Shown piece after piece: positions 56,789 to 64,000 of a stretch of 64,000 nucleotides of DNA. A program made the translations under genes and the position numbers. Source of the stretch: a virus (Duplodnaviria; Heunggongvirae; Uroviricota; Caudoviricetes). The notes under the pieces were generated by a model that saw nothing but the letters and a program-made list of their open reading frames with translations, made no database searches and was not told the origin of the DNA. How positions within the stretch are numbered: the stretch's first letter is position 1; every line of letters begins with the position of its first letter. The stretch is from IMG/VR virus record IMGVR_UViG_2648501839_000008; one strand, written 5' to 3'.

Positions 56789-59306
56789 TATTTTGCAATA
56801 ACGTCACTAACTGTGCTGTTGTTATTGCTCCGCCATTACTTCCTGTAGTTAACCAACCAGTAGGAGATGCCGGGCAACCTATATTTGCTGGCGACAAGGA
56901 AATATTTGCCGAGCCGTCAAACGACACCCCATTGATAGTACGCGCAGTCTGCAACTTCGTTGCAGTAGCCGCGTTGCCCGTTGTATTCTGATTACCAGTC
57001 GTATTAACACCTGGCAAATTAATATTCGCAGTACCATCAAAGCTCACGCCGCCGATAGTTCTTGCCGTCTGAAGTTTTGTAGCAGTTGCAGCATTACCAG
57101 TGGTGTTCTGATTACCCGTAGTATTTACACCTGGAAGGTTGATATTTGCAGAACCGTCGAAACCAACTCCACCGATAGATCTTGCCGTCTGCAATTTCGT
57201 TGCTGTACTTGCATTACCATTTAATGTTCCGGTGATCCCACCAGTAACAGACAACGGACCTGAAACTGTTCCTCCGGTTGTTGGCAGTGCTCCAATATCT
57301 AACGGCGTCGGTTTCTGATGTGTGCTATACATCGTATAAACAACACCATCGGTAACGCTGGAAGGCTTACTCGCTGAATATGTTGGCGATGTATAAATAG
57401 AAACTGTCGCATTTGCAGTACAATCCCAATGGATATTTACACTAGTCGCATAATTGCCAATCTCAACGTAAATATCATATGTATCGCCGGATGTGTTGAT
57501 CCAGGCGAAATTCGTTAATCCGACGGCTGTACGCTTCCACAAAGCACCGGTAATCCCTTTGGGGTTTCCATTGCCTGCTCGTAGAACCAGTTCTGAAATG
57601 CCTGCCTGATGTGGGGAGCCGACGTTGTAACCAGCGCCACCAATCAATGCGATGTAAACGATGGAACTCGCTTGTGGCATGGTAACCGTAGCCAGTTTGA
57701 ACCACCCAGCCCCGCCAGAGAAAGACATCGTTACTGAATTTAAAGTACCAATATCTTTCGGCGTTAATGTGATATCCGCAGTCAGTGCTTTACCGTTAAC
57801 TTTTCGGTTAGATGGCACCCTGCTATTCGCATTGTCATTGGCTGCTTTAACTGCTTTTGGCGTTGCGGCCAGCGATTCACTGGTGCTGTCGACAGCACTG
57901 CTAAGTTTCACAACACCTTTGGTGGTAAGGCTTGCGTCTTCCATCGCAACGGCACCGGCAATCTCTTCAGCACGATCAGCGGCAGCTTCTGCACGGGTCG
58001 CAGCGGATTCAGCAGCAGCTTTGCTCTGAGATGCAGCCGTCGCACTGCCTGCCGCCTCTGTTGCTTTCGTGGATGCCGTTGAAGCACTCCCCTTCGCAGC
58101 TGATGCCTGCTTGGTCGCCTCATCTTTTGAAGCGGATGCCGAGGTGGCTGATGCAGACGCAGAACTTGCAGATTCAGCAGCTGCCTCTTTAGAGGAAGCG
58201 GCATTATCTTCAGAAGCCTTTGCATTTGTTTCAGAGGATTTTGCTGCCGATGCTGAATTTTTAGCGGCTGTAGCCTGATTCGTCGCCTCAGTCGCTTTTG
58301 CGGTAGCTGTTGTCGCTGACGACGACGCGCTTTCCGCAGATTTTCCTGCCGCAGTTGCACTTGATGAAGCACTATCCGCACTTGCTGAGGCTGCGCTTGC
58401 TGACGCTTCTGCCGCAGATTTCGAACTGTTTGCAGACGATGCACTCTGCCCGGCTGCCGTTTCAGATGCTTTTGCGTTTGTCTCTGACGCTTTTGCTGCC
58501 TTAGACGAATTTTCAGCTTCTGTTGCAAATGATGCAGCCGCGTTTGCACTCGATGAAGCGTTAGTCTCTGATGCTTTGGCTGCATCCTTAGATGCAGAGG
58601 CACTGGACGCAGATGTTGCTGCCTCCGATGCTTTGGTCGACGCTACAGACGCTGATTCTGCTGCCGCTAGATATGCTGATTCTGCGTTCGTTTCAGATTT
58701 TTTCGCAGCAGTTGCACTCGCACTTGCGGCACTTTGTGAGGATGCCGCAGCGGATGCACTTTGAGACGCTTGAGAGGCTTTTTCTCCAGCGGTATTGGCG
58801 CTTTCTGCTGCTGCGGCAGCACTGGCCGCCGCCTCACGAGCTTTGTCACCAGCGGCATCAATCGCGTCAGTGTTATTTTTATACCACTCAACGTTTTCGT
58901 TGTGCTCGTTGACGATCTGCATCAGCGGCTTAACGGTCACTTCTGTACCGTCTTCACGCTCGATTGTCACCTCATCCAGAGCAGTCAACCAACTACGCAT
59001 GGACTTGGAATCAGCCGACATACGCGACATTAGCGCGGTAAAGCGCGCGCTAAACTGTGTTAAGTCGCCTTCATAGGTAGTAATGATTCGGCACGGAACT
59101 TCAGACTGAGTTTCACCGGTATAAGGTTCTGAGAGAACAATGTTCGTATCGCTTGTTACGCGCTTGATCTCATACAGCTTATTGTCGGGGCCAATGACGA
59201 TCATCCCCGGCAACACACCATTAGCTGTTACGTTCCAGGCTGTCCCAACCCCAACCAGAGTATTACTACCCTGTGTAAATGTGATAGTACCTTCCCTGTA
59301 CCACAT
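56748..59306 (-). CDS. Side tail fibre protein (Stf-like) with Ala/Ser-rich repeats and three tail-fibre repeat units
   Basis: About 320 residues of KASETNA-type Ala/Ser low complexity, then three tandem tail-fibre repeat units; 3' end overlaps the next fibre gene by 41 nt. Confidence 0.8.
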   Translation of the reverse strand: MWYREGTITFTQGSNTLVGVGTAWNVTANGVLPGMIVIGPDNKLYEIKRVTSDTNIVLSEPYTGETQSEVPCRIITTYEGDLTQFSARFTALMSRMSADSKSMRSWLTALDEVTIEREDGTEVTVKPLMQIVNEHNENVEWYKNNTDAIDAAGDKAREAAASAAAAAESANTAGEKASQASQSASAAASSQSAASASATAAKKSETNAESAYLAAAESASVASTKASEAATSASSASASKDAAKASETNASSSANAAASFATEAENSSKAAKASETNAKASETAAGQSASSANSSKSAAEASASAASASADSASSSATAAGKSAESASSSATTATAKATEATNQATAAKNSASAAKSSETNAKASEDNAASSKEAAAESASSASASATSASASKDEATKQASAAKGSASTASTKATEAAGSATAASQSKAAAESAATRAEAAADRAEEIAGAVAMEDASLTTKGVVKLSSAVDSTSESLAATPKAVKAANDNANSRVPSNRKVNGKALTADITLTPKDIGTLNSVTMSFSGGAGWFKLATVTMPQASSIVYIALIGGAGYNVGSPHQAGISELVLRAGNGNPKGITGALWKRTAVGLTNFAWINTSGDTYDIYVEIGNYATSVNIHWDCTANATVSIYTSPTYSASKPSSVTDGVVYTMYSTHQKPTPLDIGALPTTGGTVSGPLSVTGGITGTLNGNASTATKLQTARSIGGVGFDGSANINLPGVNTTGNQNTTGNAATATKLQTARTIGGVSFDGTANINLPGVNTTGNQNTTGNAATATKLQTARTINGVSFDGSANISLSPANIGCPASPTGWLTTGSNGGAITTAQLVTLLQNNGAFNTKCVGLCQ
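56911..57250 (-). repeat. Three tandem DNA repeats of about 117 bp encoding tail-fibre repeat units
   Basis: Units at about 56911-57013, 57028-57133 and 57147-57250 are roughly 75-80 percent identical by eye; related copies at about 55770-55880 and 56160-56250 in the next gene. Confidence 0.7.
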
Positions 59307-59399
59307 GTTGAATATGCTCCTTGATTTGGTGGGCTATCCTTGCCCACCATTAAGTAAGTACATACTTATTTTTACCGATATAAATATTTTTTTCTACCA

Positions 59400-62300
59400 T
59401 CACAGAAGGCCAATTCTTACTCGTAAGACGTTGTTATCGTCATAAACGTCAATCCGCTGACCATTTATAACCAATCGCCCATTGCCGCCGCTATTACCGT
59501 TGATCTCAAGCGTTCCATTTTTGCCGAACCGCCATCCAGATCTACCGCTAACAAAATTGGTAGATTGCAGATCGCCTACTTTTGCATTGGTGATTGTGCC
59601 ATCCTTGATATACGCACCATTCATATAGGCGATACTGTTTTCGATAACAAATGGCGTGGTGATCTTCCCGTTAACAGAGTTGACCAAACCAAATCTGTCC
59701 GCCTGCACCAAAAACTGAGAAAGACCGGTGGTGTCGATACCAAGCGCAATACCGGCAACATACTTCTGCCCTCCGCTCGTTGAAGTCTCCATTTTCAACG
59801 TCCACGCGGTTGAGACTTTTTTGTTGGTATCAGCAATGGCTGTTGCCTGCTGTTGAATTGTCGCGGTATTTCCATCCACCTCTGCTTTCAGAGTATCGAT
59901 TCGCCCACTTAGAGCATTATCTGCCTGCGTTCTCGCTGTCGTTTCAGTTGTGACCGCCGCAGAAATGTTGGCTGCTGTTTGAGACTCTAAGTTTGTGATT
60001 TGAGTCGCCAATGCCGCATCTTGCTCTGTACGCGTTTTCGTTTCGGTTGCTACAGCCGCTTTAATATCCTCTTTGTATTGAGAGGTCAGCTTGGTGATCT
60101 GAGATGACAACGCCGAGTCAGCATCAGTTCGAGCCTGCGTTTCCACTGCAACGGCCGCACTAATATCTTTCGCAGTCTGTGCTTTTAAACTTGAAACCTC
60201 TTTTGTTAAAGCGGTATCGCCATCTGCACGAGCCGTTGTTTCTTTGGCAAGAGACGCCTCGAGATCATTAGCTTTTGCTGTAAGAGATGTAATCTGGCTG
60301 GACAATGCACTATCGGCGTCAGTCCTTGCCTTTGTCTCTACAGCAACGGCTGCGACAATGTCAGTTCCGGTCTGCGCCCGCAGGCTGTTAATTTCTCGTG
60401 AGAGCGCCTCGTCAGCACTTGCTCTAGCCTCCTGCTCCTGAGTGATGGCGGCGGATATATCACCGTCAACCTTTGCTTGAAGCTGGTTTATTTGTTTAGC
60501 TAACGCAGAGTCTCCGCTCGCACGCGCCTCCTGCTCACTGCGTATTGCAGCAGAAATATCATCATCAACTTTTGCCTGAAGTTGGGTGATCTGGCTTGCC
60601 AGAGCCGAATCTTCCGTTGCTCGGGCTTCTTGCTCTTCCTTAATGGCTGCGACAATATCGTTGCTTACTTTCGACTCAAGCTGAGTTATTTGTTTCGTCA
60701 AAGCTTCATCGGCAGATGTACGAGCCTCCTGTTCTGTACTAATCGCCGCGCTGATATCTCCTTCAAACTTAGATTGCAGCTGAGTGACACGCTTTGCCAA
60801 CGCTTCATCGCCATCGGCACGAGCGGTGGACTCTTCCAGAATACTGGCCTTAATGTCTTCGCCAATTTCTACGCGAATTTCCTCAACCTTCGTGGCCATT
60901 GCAGACATATCATCAGCAAAGGTTTTCTGTGTTGTTGCGATCTTCGCGTTATTGACCATCTGCTTGTGCTGGTCTTCATCTTGACGAAGAGCCAGGTCAA
61001 TATTTGTTTTAGCTAACGCCTCAATGTTCGTAGTCAGTTCTGCACTGGCACGATCGACCTCTGCAACCGTCTTTTTCATTTCTTCAACGGCTGCGGAACT
61101 TTCCTCTACCGTCGACTGCAACACTTCCAGTTGTTTAGCGTTTGCGGCATCACCTTCAACACGAGCCTCGCTTTCCTTAGCAATAAGAGCCGCCGCTTCG
61201 TCTCTTGCAGCCTTTATTGCCTCGACTGTATTAGCGAGAGCTTTATCGTGTTCAGATACGGTGTTTTCGATTTCAACAATTGCAGCATCAGTAGCATCAA
61301 TTTTTTCAAACGCTTCATTGACCTTGTCGATCGTTGCCGAAACCTCACCTTTAAGCTCGGTTTGTGCGTTCTCCAAAGCATCGCTACGCTCGTTGAATTT
61401 TATTTCAAAACCCGCGAGGTTATCGCTGAACTGCTTATCTAATTCAGCTATATCTTCCTTAACGTCGTTTACCGCCCCCTCCAAAGATTCGACGCTCTGG
61501 TTGATATGCTCATTTAACTCGTCAACTGCTTCTTGAGAGGCTTTGCTGTTGATGTCCTCAAGCAGAGCCTGACCAAGCTCGGAAGATGTAATTTTGCCAG
61601 CCAGGAACGACAGTACATCGCGAGTTGTCGCCTCTGTACCCAAGTTTGAGTTCGGAGGGCTTAACATACCTCGCTTGTTCGATGCTCGAACCCAGTAATA
61701 CCACGTTTCGCTATCCCCAAGACCAGCATGTGTAAAGGTGGTGCTTGCAGACTCTGCGATCAGTTTCGCCGTATCCAGATTGTTGGTCTGGGATGCGTAA
61801 ACATTAATGTGATCAAGGTCTACCGAATCTGGATTAACCCAATTCAGTATCACATTACGATAGTCTCCAACGGCCGTTAATGACGTTGGTGCATCCGGCG
61901 GTGTCATTGTGCCCAGCACCTGATAAACGGTACTGATAATTTCTGTTTTTTTACCGTTGAATGAAACCGCATACAGTTGGAAGTCGTAGCGTCCATTCTC
62001 CGCGACATTAACGATTTCGTATTGCTCTTCGGTTACACGCGCCGATTGCCAGTTCGATACATTGTTTTCATCAGAACGTCGCCAACTGATCCAATACTCT
62101 GGAGATTTCCCTTCCCATGTTGCAGTCAGTTTTACTGACAGGTTGCCCGGGCTTGAGAGGTAAGTCCCTTCAGTGATTTGCAAATTAGACGGCTTGGAGT
62201 AAGTCGGGTCCAATACCGTCGTATTCTGCGGGATAAGCGTTGCACCATTGTCGATCGCCTCATATTTAGACGGATTGTTTTCAACAGCGGTGATGTCAAA

Positions 62301-64000
62301 GCTACCCGACGTTTCCCCCTGAGCGATGTTAACGATGCGAACGCGCATAGGTTCGAGATCTGGTTCTGTAATTGTCCAGACACCGTTCAAAACAGGCGTT
62401 TCCGCTGACGACAGAGCTTTTGAAAACGTAACCTTTGTTATGTTTTCGCCAGTTTCAAGAACATCGCGCTCAACGATTTTGCCTTCCTGATTCAATATCC
62501 GAATAAAGCTGCCGCTTTTAGCTAACGACACAGGCGCATCGAGAGTGATGCTGTTTTTGGTAAACTCCACAATTCGACCGGAGTTACGTTTACCTGCACG
62601 ATATTTGTTCTGAATCAGAACGGTTTCACCGGGCATCAGAAATGAGGCGTCTAAGCCGGCAGTAAATGTAATTACATCCGACTCCATTCTGGCGGTATAC
62701 AAAAGCCACAAACCAACTCGGTGAGCCTGGCCTCGGCTTGTACATCCAAATGCTACGACTTCTGTTTTACGCTCACCATAACGGCGCATTGCGTCCTGAT
62801 CTTCAACGTACTCGATGTTTTGCTTATAACCGTCCTCCTTGTTGTTGTAGGTTACGAGCGCAACGGATGGGCGATCTTTACGCGCAGAACCTTTATAGGT
62901 AAACAGTCCATCTTTGACGTTGGAGTTGGTAAACATCATTACTGGATCTGATGGGCTATCCTGCATGATGTTAACCATGCCACCAGCCCAAAACACCATG
63001 CCGCGGAATGCACCGGCAATATCCTGAATTAATCGGTATGCGTCTTGTCGACTGGTGATCTGCGTATTGATTGCAAAGCGTTTCTCTTTACCCCCAAAGC
63101 CATCATCGACCTCTTCGTCACAATATCGACCAATCTGGTAGAGCTGGCCGAGGTCAATCATGGATTCCGACACAAATTGCCCAAGACCATACCGAGTATT
63201 GGTAAGCAAATCGTAGAGAATCCACGCAGGGTTTGAAGAAGACAACAGCTTAAAAGTACCGTCCCATACGCCGACATAAGTATTGGTGTATTCGTTGTAG
63301 TTTGACGGCACTCGAATTTTGATACCGCGCACCAAATACGAACGGGAAGGCATTGTGCTACCAAACTGCTCTGAATTGACCTTTAAGCCAACAAGTGCAG
63401 AGTTAGGGTAGTTCATGGGGGTATCTACAATCTCACCGATGGAATCAACCCAAGTATCGTTGTAGAGGTACTGGCTACTGTTATCATCCGTAAGACGAAT
63501 CACCCGAACCTTGTATGCACGGCCAGGTTTAGGCAGTTTCAGCTCATAGCTACGGTAATACACGCCGGTTTTCTTTGCCGTTAGCGTGATATCAACGCTT
63601 TTCTCACCTTCTGCCACTACATCAGAAAATGTTGCGTCTCCGTTGGCGATCTGGAATTTGTACTTCACCGTAGTGCCATTTGTATCGCCAGAGCTTTTAT
63701 CAACGCTACGTAAAGAGGGGAATTTCATGATGACACGAACGCGATCAGCTTCATCGTTATCGATTGAAACCGTAACGTCGTGTGTTTTTTTAAGCTGAAT
63801 ATTTACGGACTTAGGCGTTTCGACAAAATCAAAACCAGCCATTGGCGTCTGGTCTTGTGAGCCGTCACGAAAATCCCATGTAATACCGCTGAAGTTGGAA
63901 GAGCCATCTTCATTCAAGATCGGTAAATCGTCGATGAAGATCGACTTTGCGCCATTTACCAGGCCACCGATAACCCCCTCGCCAAGAAGGTCGAGGATGG
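59400..64000 (-). CDS. Lambda J-like tail tip / host-specificity protein (5'-partial)
   Basis: Colinear with lambda gpJ by eye (YPNSALVGLKVNSEQFGS, FGCTSRGQAHRVGLWLL, KYVAGIALGID..LSQFLVQADRFGLV). The frame stays open upstream of the track start 63917 (a TTG) to the window edge, so the N-terminus lies beyond 64000. Confidence 0.9.
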   Translation of the reverse strand, partial: ILDLLGEGVIGGLVNGAKSIFIDDLPILNEDGSSNFSGITWDFRDGSQDQTPMAGFDFVETPKSVNIQLKKTHDVTVSIDNDEADRVRVIMKFPSLRSVDKSSGDTNGTTVKYKFQIANGDATFSDVVAEGEKSVDITLTAKKTGVYYRSYELKLPKPGRAYKVRVIRLTDDNSSQYLYNDTWVDSIGEIVDTPMNYPNSALVGLKVNSEQFGSTMPSRSYLVRGIKIRVPSNYNEYTNTYVGVWDGTFKLLSSSNPAWILYDLLTNTRYGLGQFVSESMIDLGQLYQIGRYCDEEVDDGFGGKEKRFAINTQITSRQDAYRLIQDIAGAFRGMVFWAGGMVNIMQDSPSDPVMMFTNSNVKDGLFTYKGSARKDRPSVALVTYNNKEDGYKQNIEYVEDQDAMRRYGERKTEVVAFGCTSRGQAHRVGLWLLYTARMESDVITFTAGLDASFLMPGETVLIQNKYRAGKRNSGRIVEFTKNSITLDAPVSLAKSGSFIRILNQEGKIVERDVLETGENITKVTFSKALSSAETPVLNGVWTITEPDLEPMRVRIVNIAQGETSGSFDITAVENNPSKYEAIDNGATLIPQNTTVLDPTYSKPSNLQITEGTYLSSPGNLSVKLTATWEGKSPEYWISWRRSDENNVSNWQSARVTEEQYEIVNVAENGRYDFQLYAVSFNGKKTEIISTVYQVLGTMTPPDAPTSLTAVGDYRNVILNWVNPDSVDLDHINVYASQTNNLDTAKLIAESASTTFTHAGLGDSETWYYWVRASNKRGMLSPPNSNLGTEATTRDVLSFLAGKITSSELGQALLEDINSKASQEAVDELNEHINQSVESLEGAVNDVKEDIAELDKQFSDNLAGFEIKFNERSDALENAQTELKGEVSATIDKVNEAFEKIDATDAAIVEIENTVSEHDKALANTVEAIKAARDEAAALIAKESEARVEGDAANAKQLEVLQSTVEESSAAVEEMKKTVAEVDRASAELTTNIEALAKTNIDLALRQDEDQHKQMVNNAKIATTQKTFADDMSAMATKVEEIRVEIGEDIKASILEESTARADGDEALAKRVTQLQSKFEGDISAAISTEQEARTSADEALTKQITQLESKVSNDIVAAIKEEQEARATEDSALASQITQLQAKVDDDISAAIRSEQEARASGDSALAKQINQLQAKVDGDISAAITQEQEARASADEALSREINSLRAQTGTDIVAAVAVETKARTDADSALSSQITSLTAKANDLEASLAKETTARADGDTALTKEVSSLKAQTAKDISAAVAVETQARTDADSALSSQITKLTSQYKEDIKAAVATETKTRTEQDAALATQITNLESQTAANISAAVTTETTARTQADNALSGRIDTLKAEVDGNTATIQQQATAIADTNKKVSTAWTLKMETSTSGGQKYVAGIALGIDTTGLSQFLVQADRFGLVNSVNGKITTPFVIENSIAYMNGAYIKDGTITNAKVGDLQSTNFVSGRSGWRFGKNGTLEINGNSGGNGRLVINGQRIDVYDDNNVLRVRIGLL
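59800..60900 (-). repeat. About 12 tandem 93-bp (31-codon) repeats inside the J-like gene
   Basis: Protein-level periodicity (EQEARxxADxALxxQIxxLxAKVxxDIxAAI) and matching DNA periodicity. Confidence 0.7.

Noticed and set aside
57908-58912. Long Q/R/L-rich and Ala-rich ORFs (for example 57908..58603 on minus, 58069..58278 and 58592..58912 on plus)
   Set aside because: Alternate-frame and antisense readings of the Ala/Ser-rich low-complexity segment of the side tail fibre gene; compositionally implausible and fully nested.
60244-61536. Plus-strand Ser/Ala-rich ORFs inside the J-like gene
   Set aside because: Antisense products of the tandem coiled-coil repeat region.

Overview
Gene-dense 64 kb window, almost entirely minus-strand coding, that reads as a phage-plasmid of enterobacterial type (gene content resembles the pHCM2/SSU5 group; this cannot be confirmed without a database search). 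It carries a T4-like DNA replication and nucleotide-metabolism module (nrdA, nrdB, thyA, DHFR, dNMP-kinase-like, gp32-like SSB, primase, DnaB/gp41-like helicase, ATP-dependent ligase, UvsX/RecA-like recombinase, FEN, RNase H, SbcCD-like nuclease, DnaE-type Pol III alpha), a P1-type plasmid replicon (RepA flanked by 16-bp iterons, two DnaA boxes and a GATC cluster), a ParA/RHH partition pair, a cluster of four tRNAs, a lysis cassette, two side-tail-fibre genes and a 5'-partial lambda-J-like tip protein running off the right edge. Three AT-rich single-gene islands interrupt this backbone: a DUF4365-like nuclease-fold protein (26147-27130, +), a membrane-anchored protein (37120-38382, +) and a KAP-family P-loop NTPase (48239-49942, -). 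These are my best candidates for undescribed accessory or defence functions. Several recurrent intergenic motifs (a conserved translation-initiation box, two palindromic boxes, a duplicated terminator, long hairpins abutting tRNA 3' ends) are not explained by the gene calls. All homology calls are from reading the translations by eye; no searches were run.
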